Of a stretch of 64,000 nt of DNA, positions 13,819 through 53,900 are shown piece after piece. Both the position numbers and the translations under genes were made by a program. The stretch is from NCBI GenBank assembly GCA_002633005.1, contig NMRA01000493.1:261140-325139 (forward strand), in the 5' to 3' direction. Origin of the DNA: Phoronis australis. Its lineage: Eukaryota > Animalia > Phoronida. Numbering within the stretch: the first letter of the stretch is position 1; each line of letters starts with the position of its first letter. Below the pieces are notes generated by a model, which saw only the letters and a list, made by a program, of their open reading frames with translations, made no database searches and was not told the DNA's origin.

Positions 13819-14641
13819 CATGAATGTAACTTAATTCAAGAAAATTGTTTTTGCAATTGTGTAAAATCGATACAGCTGCTGGCATTTATTTGCAAAATTA
13901 AGACTTTTCTCTGGGATTGGTTGTAAGTGTCTTCGCTTAAGTCACATTTCCATATGACGCTTTTTTGAAATACCAGGAATCTGATATTGTAGAGTTTTAA
14001 AGTTATGTCTATAGACATATGTGTAAATTTTAACCACGATATGAGGATTTTGACCGGGCGCTCCTTGCTGATTAAATAGCCGGAAATAACTGCGTAAGTT
14101 TTCACAGCGTTTAGCCGTTAGGGTAGGGGCATTTATCAATACTGGAAGTCCAATGTCTTTCATGTCATTTTAGAAAGAATAAGTCATTTGAAATAATACG
14201 CTGTTCACAGTTTTAGTTTAACCGATATTGAACTCATTGAATGAGACGGTTTAGAAGTAATTTGGTAGTAACTTGGTGGCAAATTGACACACGTATGACA
14301 CCTACTTACTAGTAGGTATGGTAACTTGTTCTCAGCTCCAGCGCAATTCTTACTGAAGACGGACGAAAACCTACAGACAAGGCGGAATCAATTACCAGTG
14401 GTGGTGCGCTTGATTACTTAAACTGATAATTTTCTACCACATCCATTCCCATGATGGGATGTGTGCTGCGTGCACTAGGGTAAATTACCAGCTAGTCTCC
14501 AGGCATAACTCGTACTGAAGACACGACTATAGCTGCCGTCCATGAATTACCAGTTTTTAAACTATAATACAACACTAACTCAAAACCTTGATTTTGCGTA
14601 TTTCTCTGGCAACAGTGAAATTTTATTTAATTATTTTTCAG

Positions 14642-14900
14642 ATGAAAACATTCATAATTTTACTGTGCGTTGCCCTTAGCCTTTGCGTATGCGAGGCAAA
14701 GACAGCGACTCCCGAAACGTGTTCCTGTGACTGGATTCCTGCAGGTGTTGATGAAGGAGGCCATTACTGCAAGACTTATCTCGACGGCTGTCACAAGCGC
14801 AAATCCCAGGAATCAAGCAACCCTAACCATCCCCCACATGACTAGTAAGTGCTTTGAAACTCCTTCTAAAAATTGCCAGTGCACGAGCACCATATACTGA
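14642..14900 (+). CDS. Putative secreted cysteine-rich peptide, with a 1-nt frameshift (or sequencing error) at the C5 run 14831-14835
   Basis: Acceptor tttttcag|ATG; signal-peptide-like MKTFIILLCVALSLCVCEA; mature region with CSC..C..C. In-frame stop at 14845, but removing one C gives ...HPHMTSKCFETPSKNCQCTSTIY* ending at 14900. Confidence 0.6.
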
Positions 14901-15295
14901 TACTCCCGTAAAAATGGCAACAGTTCCTGTCTATATTGGAAGATTTCAGGAACAGTCTTCCATTTTTTTGATATTTTTGGAGCAAAAGTTCACGAAAATT
15001 AATACTGACTTCTAGTTTCGTTTTTTGTCGAAACGTCCAAAAAACGAGAATGGGTGTTACAATGTGCTCAACACCTTAGACATGTTGGGAGACAAGAAGA
15101 ATTTTTGTACCACTCACTAAAACCTACAGTTCCCAGGTGCAAGATTTCCCGTATTCACCGCTTGGGGGAAAATTTGAATTACCAGCATGGCTAGTGTAAA
15201 CGAAAACGTTCTTCTGAAACACGTAACTAGCCCCGACCTCCCCTACAACAACGGCAGTGTACGGAAGGTGAGATGTGTGTTGGAAGGTAACGGTA

Positions 15296-16039
15296 CAGTG
15301 GCGGATCTAGGATATCACAAGGGGGGGGGCCCAACATCTTGTCCAGCTGTAAGCAATTGCGCAAACCACGATTGTGGATGCGCATAGCACCGAATGGGGG
15401 GAGGTCGGGAGGGGGGTTTGCCCCCCTCCCGCCCAGGAAATTTTTCTGTTTTTTCCTCTAAAAATCAAGCATTTTCCTTGATTTCTGATGTATTATCCAA
15501 GAAAAAAAGGAAATAAAAAACACAGGAAAAATTGCATCTATCACNCTCTTTGTCAAACCTTAAGACGATTTCCAAAGCAATCGCGTCATTAATGCCAACA
15601 CAAAAAACGGATTTGGTCTTTTGGGCAATTGTAGACTATTTTAAATACAACAAATTTGTTACGAACTGATTGCATAAAGTACAAAAAGTGTAATAAGTGT
15701 AGAAAGAAGTAGGTTTCGCGCGCAAACGCTGTGGACCATAAATAAGTAGGTCTCTTAGTATATCACATTACGAGTTGAGTCGTGATGGTGCAGTGGTAAT
15801 TGGTGGTTATTGCAGTTTTTCAAGTTTGACATGTTTTTTTTTTCTTGGATAATACTTCAGGAATCAAGGAAAATGCTTGATTTTTAGAGGAAAAACAGAA
15901 AAAATTTCCTGGGCGAGAGCTGGCAAACCCTCTTCCCGACGTCCCCCAATTCGGTGCTATGCGCATCTACAATCGTGCTTTGCGCAAATGTTTAGCTAAA
16001 ATGTTGCCCCCCCCTTGTGATATCCTAGATCCGCCACTG
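15296..16039. mobile_element. Two inverted left ends of the long hAT5-like element joined at a single N (15545)
   Basis: cagtggcggatctaggatatcacaagggggg at both ends in opposite orientation; matches 24075-24600. Confidence 0.75.
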
Positions 16040-17654
16040 CCGATGTTCCTCAATATCATCATCAGGTATAGTACAGACTGTACACTGTCAGGCACCGACT
16101 TCTCATCAACCAACATCATGCAGTGAGATCATTAACTGGAACATTTGGGGCATAAAAACTAGAGTTATAATAGAGGTTGGACGTTCAGTAGTGCTGGCAT
16201 TACCCACTGTGATGGGAAGAAATGCACTATGCATTTCTCGCCTTTGTACAAATATATTGCATCTTTGTACAACACTATTATACCCAATGACCATATTGAG
16301 AAATATCGAAATGTAATGATTTTGAAGTAAAACACCTGTTTTGTTTTTGTTACCTTCTATTGATCACCTGAACAACACCTGACATTACTACCAAAGGTAG
16401 CCAATTATCTTACACGGCCTGTGCAATTATTGATGGAACATTGATATCAAAATATATTGAAATTGTTATCTTAAAATATATTTAAGTCTACCTATGTTTC
16501 TTTGAAATCCTCGAAAGATGTCCAAGTTTGGAACATCATATATCAAAATTTGTCGACTGGATTCAAATGATAATGAAGTTGATGCATTGTTTTCCAAAAC
16601 GCTTTATTAACTGACCAGTGTCATTTTTAATAATTGTATACATTCATTTGACTTGACTGTGTGGTTTCTAAGTGAGACTTACTGTTTAGTCAGAAAGTAC
16701 TGAATTTTGAAAGGGTCTGACCAATAGGATACATTCAAGTTAGAGCAAAGTTTGATCAAAATACCAACAGCGATATGATGACAAGCTTAATCCAGACAGA
16801 CACCAACACCATACCATAATAGTACCTGTCTAAAGACAGGCATGTAAATGTAGATGGCACAATCTTAAAGGTGGTCATAATTTGTTTGGACTACTAACAC
16901 GAAATACATTTATATTGTAGGTATGAGATACACAAGGCCACAGAGAGTAAGGCACCATTGTGCATGCATACCAGTGGACAAACCAGAAAAGAACAGCTTA
17001 CAAATTTAAGTTTGACAAATTATTCCTTGTATTAACTGAAATATGCAAATTGAATGAATATAAAATAAGTGAAGCTGCAGAAATCATCTGACGTCTACGA
17101 ATTGCTCATACCAACACAGAGTATGTAAACAGGCTTCTGAAAGACTCATACCCATATAGAAACATGCATTCTACAGGACTTCTCAAAACTATGACAGAAC
17201 ACAGGAATTGAAGCAGCAGATTACTCGTGTACTAATTATTTGATTAATAAGTAATATTTACTTATTTCTATTATTTCTCATTATTGGAGATGTCAAATCA
17301 GCCACTTCCCTGTCCCTCTGAAGCTTTTTAAATACAAGTTTGTGACCACCATGAATTTCGACCTGGATAGTTTCACAGAAACCTAACGCATATTGCGCAA
17401 AAAAGGACAAAGCAAACATGGACTACGGGAAATTTTCAGAAACAGGCACTTAACAAGTTGCTTCAGTGACAACTGATAACTGAAGGGGAAAGCAACCGAT
17501 TTTAATGTTGCGTTTAGGAAAAACACAGATCCCTGGTTACCTTGGAAACATATTTTCCCTGTATTAGTTACTATTCCCTAGGCAACAGAACACCTCAGCA
17601 AAAGACCTACATCTTTGGTCTTAATTTGCCTGTTTACATAATTATAATTCATTC

Positions 17655-17885
17655 CATGATGAAAACTGAAGCTCAGCTCTGATAAAAATCACTACACGAT
17701 GAAAACTTTAGTTCAGCCCTGATAGAAATCAGTACATGATGAGAACTGAGGCTCAGTCCTGATAGGAATCACTACATGATGAGAACTGAGGCTCAGCCCT
17801 GATAGAAATCATTACATAATGAGAGCTGAGGCTCAGTCCTGACATAAATCATTACATGATGAGAACTGAGGTTCAGTCCTGACAA
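17655..17885. repeat. 40-bp minisatellite in the presumed DUS2 3'UTR, ~6 copies
   Basis: Unit catgatgagaactgaggctcagtcctgatagaaatcacta. Confidence 0.9.
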
Positions 17886-18092
17886 ACATCGTCTCGAGTA
17901 CTGAAGTTGACTTACAACAAGCATGACCACAAGTGTCAATTTCACTTACAACAAACATCACAAGTGATGACATTCACTTGCAACAACTGTCACCAATAGT
18001 GCTGGAGTCCACTACCAGCAAATAACACCAGGATTGCCAAAGTTTTCTTCCCCCAAACACCAACGCAGTAGCATGAGTGGCAAGGTTCAACT

Positions 18093-46990
<28,898 letters not shown>

Positions 46991-47964
46991 TCACAATCTG
47001 CAAACAAGATGAAAGAGAGCAATGAAATACAGTACATTCCAAAAGTATCAAAATAAAATGACCCAGAATTCCCTGGTGATGACTGGGCAGAATCTGAATT
47101 CACCATTTGACAGTCAGAGTAGTCTCCCCTCGCAATGGAGAATAAAGGGGAGGTGACAGGTTGCTGTTTGCTGTTCACACAATTAGCCAGACATGACGTG
47201 GAAGCAGTATTTAGTCTGATTGCTTTCGTCATGTACCGAAAGGTGGCAGCATAAGGCACACTGTGAATCATCTCAATTTCCAAAGCTTCCAGTTGCTGCG
47301 ACACAAGGATGACAAACAGACGATGACCATCAGGCTATAGGAGAATTAAAGAACATAAAAATGCCAAGTTGACAGACAAGTTTTACTTTGTCCGTTTTTA
47401 AAGTTTTAGTATATTTTGACTCACAATTGGATTTAGGATGTCATAAGGGGGGTGGGGCTGTCTCCACCAATCTGGGACTCAAAAGTTTCATCCACTCAAT
47501 ATTGGGTCAGTCTGTTATTCAGTGATTGCGTGGTTCTCTAAATCAGGGTCCAGCCTGCTGTGCATGAACTTGGAAAGTTGGAATCCTGCTTAATCTCATG
47601 ATCCTGTGGCGTTGAACTTGGAATAAGCCTTCATCGAAGCTATCGGGTGGATTTTTTGTTCAGTGTAAATAATTTTTGTAATTAGTGGCCGTACAATCTC
47701 CCACTTTCTTGCGTCACAGAATTGGAGAGATATGTGAATGGTTAATTAATCATTGTTCGGTAAATTAGATTGCCAATACTTTCAAAAGCCAGTAACAGTT
47801 GATTAAAATTAACATCACTTCACGCAATTTTCTTCAGTGCAGTGCAAATTGTCATCAATGGGAATGTGATTATTTGATTGGACTTTTCACATTTCCTAAT
47901 GTATCCAAGTTCATGCGTAACTTTAAGACTACGCAAGATTCCAAGGTCACGCGCAACAACAAGA

Positions 47965-48500
47965 AGCATTTTCCTTGATTTCTGAAGTATAATCAGCCCT
48001 CAACTGCTCTACTTTGGCCAGATGATTTAAAAATGGAAAAGTCGTAAAATTGCAAGGATTCGAACTCCTAACCTATTGGTCATGAGCCCTTCCATTGCGC
48101 CACCACACTTCCATCTACAACACTGTGCTAAAAGACATACTTGTTTGTGGTCCACAGGGTTCGCGATCGAACATGCTTATTTCCGTCATGTTATTTCACG
48201 CTTTATATTTTGTGCAACCAGTTTGTAGCAAAAGTTGTGTTTAAAACACCCTTCAGTTGCTCAAAAGACCAAATCAATTTTTTGTGTTAGCATTAACCAT
48301 GCACTTGCTTTGCTGCTAGTCGTCTTAATTTTAATGTTTGGCAAAGAGAGAATTATGAGTTTCTGAGTGATTCACTAAGGTTTGATCAAAATTTACCAGC
48401 AGCTTCTGTTTCTTGGATCATCATCACTCATCTTGCAGTTACTTCGAAAAAATGAAGTAATTTTCTTCACTGCAAAGAGGAGCAGACGATGGAAAGGGAG
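47965..48500. mobile_element. Older internal fragment of the long hAT5-like element (target of the Gypsy insertion)
   Basis: Colinear with 24200-24750 up to the LTR. Confidence 0.7.
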
Positions 48501-51500
48501 TGTTGTGTTTCTATGCTGGTTTCGGACCAAAGATGAAGATCGATACGATTGTGACTAAGGCATTTATATTGAGAGTACATGAAACATCAACCGGAACAGG
48601 AAGTAGGTAACAGAGCATGCCTACCATACTAAGACACTGGTAGCGACATCTTTAGTTACTACTGACCATAACGTAACATCCTCCTTGTTGAAAGAAAAAA
48701 AATATACTATGAAACACTATCCTAATTTTAAAACTATGATAACTGGTCCTAACTATAAGACAATGGGTGGACTATCATTGTTTGGACAGTCAAACGGGGA
48801 TTATTCTGCCGAAACGGTTTGGCTGCTTGTAACTACATCTCTTGGATGAGTCGTGCTGGTCTTGTAACCGTTCGTCCGGAGAGAGTAACCACAGTGCTCG
48901 GGGTGGGTGAAATGATGGGAGGCTTAGCCGCATTATTGTTCGTTTCCGGAGCATGGTTAGGCGGTGTTGGTCGGACTTCAGACGGTGGTTCGCGGGTGGT
49001 AACGGTGGGCGTTGTTTTGTCAGGCGCACTGGTTTGGGGAGGTAAGGTATTTCTGGCGTCGGGATCTGTGGCCATCTGAGCTGGTGAGGGGTCGAATCTC
49101 ATGATTGTGCCACGGCCCTGCACTTGTCGAGGTCTAAGCAGGATACGGTTGCGGCGAAGTGTGCGACCGCTTGTCTCGCATTGTACCGTATAGGACCGTG
49201 GTTCTGGGCATACTCCGATGATGGTGCCAGGTGACCAAGTCTTCGTGGCGACGTCTTGATAGTACACGCGCTCGTTCAGCTGCAGTTCTGTTAGTTCGCG
49301 CTTATCAGGCGAGTTCGGGTGAGGCAGGTTGTCGTCTCGCTGGAGTGGCTGTCTTTGGATGTAAGATGGTAGTTTACTTCTCAGCTTGCGGCCGAACATA
49401 AGTTCAGCGGGGGAGGCTATCTGGGGGTTCGTGGGTGTGGTCATGTATTGGAGAAAAGCCTCGTCCAGGTGCTGTGTCTTCAGCATCAGGTTCTTGACGG
49501 TACGAATCATGCTTTCAATGAAGCCATGTGAGCGGGGGTGGTGGGGCGACGAAGTGATATGTAAAATGTCGAACATCTTTACCGTGGCTCTGATGGGGGC
49601 TCCGATGAATTGGGGCCCGTTGTCGGTGATCAAAGTATTAGGTGGACCAAACATGGCGAAGATATGGCTGAAGATGCTCGCAACTCGCTGACTGGTAGAG
49701 GTGTTCAGCTTCTCGACGATGAAGTACTTGGAGAAATAATCAGCGACGATGAAATATTCTTGGCCATTTAGATAATACAGGTCAGCACTAATGGTGTGCC
49801 AGGGAATGTTTGGTATGTCATCGGCGACAGATTCTAGAGGTTCTTTGGGTGAAGAGCTCTGATGTTTCTGGCATGTTTCGCAAGTGGATATGAGGTTTTC
49901 TATGTCCTTCATAATGCCAGGCCAATAGACAGTGGATCGGGCTAGTTGCTGACAGCGAACAATTCCTTGGTGTCCGTAATGGAGCCTGTGCAAATAGTCT
50001 TGTTGAAGCGAGAGTGGTATNGTGCCAGGGAATGTTTGGTATGTCAGCGGCGACATATTCCAGAGGTTCTTTGGGTGAAGAGCTCTGATGTTTGTGGCAT
50101 GTTTCGCAAGTGGATACGAGGTTTTCTATGTCCTTCATAATGCCAGGCCAATAGACAGTGGATCGGACTAGTTGCTGACAGCGAACAATTCCTTGGTGTC
50201 CGTAATGGAGCCTGTGCAAATAGTCTTGTTGAAGCGAGAGTCGTATGAGGACCTGAGTTCCCTTGAGGAGGAGACCATCCTTGATGGTCAGGAGATCTCT
50301 AATAGACCAAAAAGAGCGGATGTTAGCAGGTAAGTCGCGTGCCTTTGCTGGGAATCCACTGAAAACATAGTCTTTCAAGAGAGCCAGTGTTGTGTCTTTA
50401 TCAGTTTCTTTTTTTAGTTCATGTAACCGTTCGGTGGAAAACGGTACAAAGTTCACACTGAGGTCAAGTGGAATTTCCTTGTGGGCATTGGCAGTAGGGA
50501 GTCGCGACAATCCGTCGGCAAGGACCATCTCGGGTCCTGGCCTGTATTTGATCCGATAGTCATATTTTTGTAAACGCAGAAGCATGCACTGCAGTCTGGC
50601 AGGCGCCTTGTGCAGGGGCTTGACCACAATCATTTCCAGTGGCTTGTGGTCNCGGCAAGGACCATCTCGGGTCCTGGCCTGTATTTGATCCGATAGTCAT
50701 ATTTTTGTAAACGCAGAAGCATGCGCTGCAGTCTGGCAGGCGCCTTGTGCAGGGGCTTGGCCACAATCATTTCCAATGGCTTGTGGTCACTTTCTATAAG
50801 GAATGGTTGGCCAAAAAGGTATGTATGAAAACGTTCTGCGCCAAAAACACAGGCGAGTAATTCTCGCTCGATGTTAGCGTAATGACTCTCTGTGTCTGTG
50901 AGCGTCTTAGAGGCAAACTCGATGGGTTGACCATTTTGTGTCAATGCCGCGCCTAGGGCGGACTGTGATGCGTCGACCTGCACGACCGCTGGGATCTTCG
51001 GGTCAAAATAGTGTAGGTAGCTTGCTTCCTTGATGGTTTTCTTGAGATTGTCAAATGCGGTCTGCTGTTCATGTTGCCATTGAAAATCAGAGTCTTTTCG
51101 CAGTAGGGCTCTTAGAGGGGCAGAGGTTTCACTTAGATTTGGTATAAATGGAGATATGTATGTAATCATGCCAAGGAAAGAACGAAGCTCCTGCGCGTTG
51201 GATGGTGCCTGTATGTCGTTTATTGCCTGTACCTTTGATGGGTCGGGGCGTACTCCTGTGTGGTCATAGATTTGCCCAAAGAATTCTATTCTGTGTGCGC
51301 CGATGATGCATTTGACCTTGTTGAAGACCATGCCTTTCTCTTTGGCTCTATTCATGAGGCGTAGAAGGTTAACGTCATGCTCGTGTTTATCCATGCCAAA
51401 AACTGTGGTATCATCGGCAATGGATATGACACCGGGTAGCCCCTGTAGGTTGTCATCCATCGCTTTCTGAAAAACGTCTTGAGAAACCACAATGCCCATG

Positions 51501-53644
51501 GGCAGGCGACAGTAACAGTATCTGCCGAAGGGCGTGTTGAACGTGGTTAGATATTGGCTGGGTTCGTCGAGCTGTATAGCCCAGTAACCAGACTTGAGAT
51601 CGAGCTTACTGAAAACAGTCGCGCCGTTGAAGAAATGGGTGAGTTCTTCAACAGTGGGGGTGTGGTGCTGTCCACGTTTTAGGGCGCGGTTGAGATCCCG
51701 GGGGTCGAGGCAGATTCTCAGGTCCCCACTCTTCTTTTCGACATATGTGGCACTGGACACCCAGTCTGTAGGAATGTCGACTGGTCGAATCACACCGAGG
51801 TCTTGCATGCGTTTGAGCTCAGACCGAATCTTATCGCGTAGGTGGATCGGTGCTTTTCTTGGGGCATGACGAACCGGTTCTTGGTCCTTTTTTAGTGTCA
51901 GCGTCTGGACCCCTGGGAATTTCCCGATACCTGTAAATTGGTCTGGGAACGAGGCGATGAGGTCTGCAGTTGAGCTGACTTGAGTGTTAGGTTGCCTGGA
52001 GACTGATTGTTCTATTGAACAGTGGATTGTCACAAGACCCAGGAGGTTGCACATCATGCGGCCAAACAGGACAACACCATCAGCATCTGTAACCACAAAT
52101 TCAACATCCATCCATTTGCTCTGGCCCCATTGGCATTTTAATGTGAGCTTTCCCAGATTGGTAATGTTTGAGCCACCATATACGTATAGGCGGGAGGTTG
52201 ACGGTGATGTCAGGGTAGGTTTGCCATTCGGTGTCAGGTGGTTTGGGAACATGCGACGGTAGGTTCTGAGTGGGAGGAGGTTACCACTAGCGCCAGTATC
52301 CACCTTGCCTCTGAGGATACCACGTTTACGGTGTTCGTGCCAAATGTTAATATCAGCAAAATCCTCTTGTTTGGCATCAGGACCGATAGAGTCGAAGACT
52401 AAGTTTTCAAACGAGATTTCGTCAGTCTCGGGTACATGAGAAGTAGCGTGGAATCGCTGAGGGTTGGGTGGTGGGTGAGCCTTGGGCCTTGTAACCGGGT
52501 TGCCTGATGAGCGACAGACATCTCCCCAGTGTCCCACCTTTCCACATCGGTGACAGGTTTGTCCCTTAGCCGGACATTGGCTGCGATATCTATGCCGCTC
52601 TTTTCCACAGTTTCCACATGTGTCGCTGGGTGTCGGTTTTCTATCTGTGTAGCGTTTTGCAGAGCTCTCTTCACGTGTTTGTCTTTTGATTGCATGGATT
52701 TCCGTGGTCGGACGACCGATTTGTTGCAGTTGTGCTTGGGTGTATTCATACGTACGGGCGATATCAAGAGCATGTTTCAGCTTGAGTTTGTCCGGGTCTT
52801 GTTCGAGTAGTTTCTTCTGAACTTGTTGTGAGTTTGCCCCTTGGATAATTTGGTCAAGTATTGCGTCGTCTGTAGCATCTTTGTTGCCGAAGTTGCATTT
52901 CTCCGCGTGTAGTCGAAGGCGCGTAAAGAAGTCGTTGATAGATTCGTTGCTGTCTTGTGTCATCTGTCTAAGTTGAAAACGGCAAAGACGAAAACTTGCT
53001 TTCGGCTCAAAATACTTCTCGAAGCGATCCCAAACTGTTGTCGGGTCTTCTTGCTGTTCGGGCGTGAGGGACCAGGAATAAAAAATTTCGAGGGATCTGG
53101 GTCCCAGCCATAAGAGTATATAGCTCACTTTTGTCGCTGGCGATTGGCTGGTGTACGCAGGAGTGCTGAGAACCAGGTTGCAATACCTCTTAAAATTTCG
53201 GAACGTTTTGGGTAAGTTGTCGGTTTTCCAATCAAAAGAGGGTGGTTTCACCACAAGTAAATTGGAGTTGTGGAGCGTTGGTTGAGGGTTGTCCTCTCCG
53301 TCTGACATCGTGGCGGTGTGGCGTTGGGGTATTGTAAAGTAAATTGGAAAGAACTCACCGGTATGGCGATGTTTATTTAGGGTGAAAAAAATGCAAAAAC
53401 CACAAGGCAGTGTTGAAATGGTGGTCTCCGCGTCAGGTGTGGGATCGTCTCACGCCGCTGCCACCATGTTGTGTTTCTATGCTGGTTTCGGACCAAAGAT
53501 GAAGATCGATACGATTGTGACTAAGGCATTTATATTGAGAGTACATGAAACATCAACCGGAACAGGAAGTAGGTAACAGAGCATGCCTACTATACTAAAA
53601 CACTGGTAGCGACATCTTTAGTTACTACTGACCATAACGTAACA
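48501..53644 (-). mobile_element. Young, near-intact Gypsy LTR retrotransposon (Mag/K02A2.6-like)
   Basis: 178-bp LTRs at 48501-48678 and 53467-53644 (2 mismatches, TG..CA); PBS TGGTGGCAGCGG (complementary to a tRNA-Leu 3' end); PPT aaggagga; gag-pol ORF. Confidence 0.96.
48833..53308 (-). CDS. Gypsy Gag-Pol polyprotein (single ORF interrupted only by N-join duplications)
   Basis: Two Zn knuckles (CGNCGKERH..C, CHRCGKVGH..C), protease VDTGA, RT IADD, RNase H VDAS/SDHKPL, integrase H..HQG..C..C, SADL, TDNGP, GFIES. Confidence 0.92.
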
Positions 53645-53900
53645 TCCTCCAGACTCTGGTAAAACAAGAAACATTTTGGGCAGCGCGAAACATCCAATCG
53701 AAAAATACGGGAAAGACATATTAAAGTGGAGGTATGAAGACGGAGACGACTAAGGGATAAGATTGGTGCTGGAGGAATTGGAAAATTTGCCACGACTGGG
53801 GATTGGTGGGTTAGAATTCGTGACAACAGTTGTTGAAGTAAGCCTATATTTGTTAAGAGCAATGCCATATTCTCCCTCTCCCCGAACGTCAAAGAACTCA

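Noticed and set aside
14345-14555. CTGAAGA-containing direct repeats as hammerhead ribozymes
   Set aside because: No convincing stem II and GAAA-N-UH arrangement
15296-16039. Large fold-back element
   Set aside because: The two inverted halves meet at a single N (15545); may be a scaffold join artefact
49796-50790. Duplicated RNase H and integrase segments as a novel domain duplication or programmed frameshift
   Set aside because: Both duplications abut single Ns (50021, 50652) and differ by a few SNPs, typical of unmerged contig or haplotype overlaps
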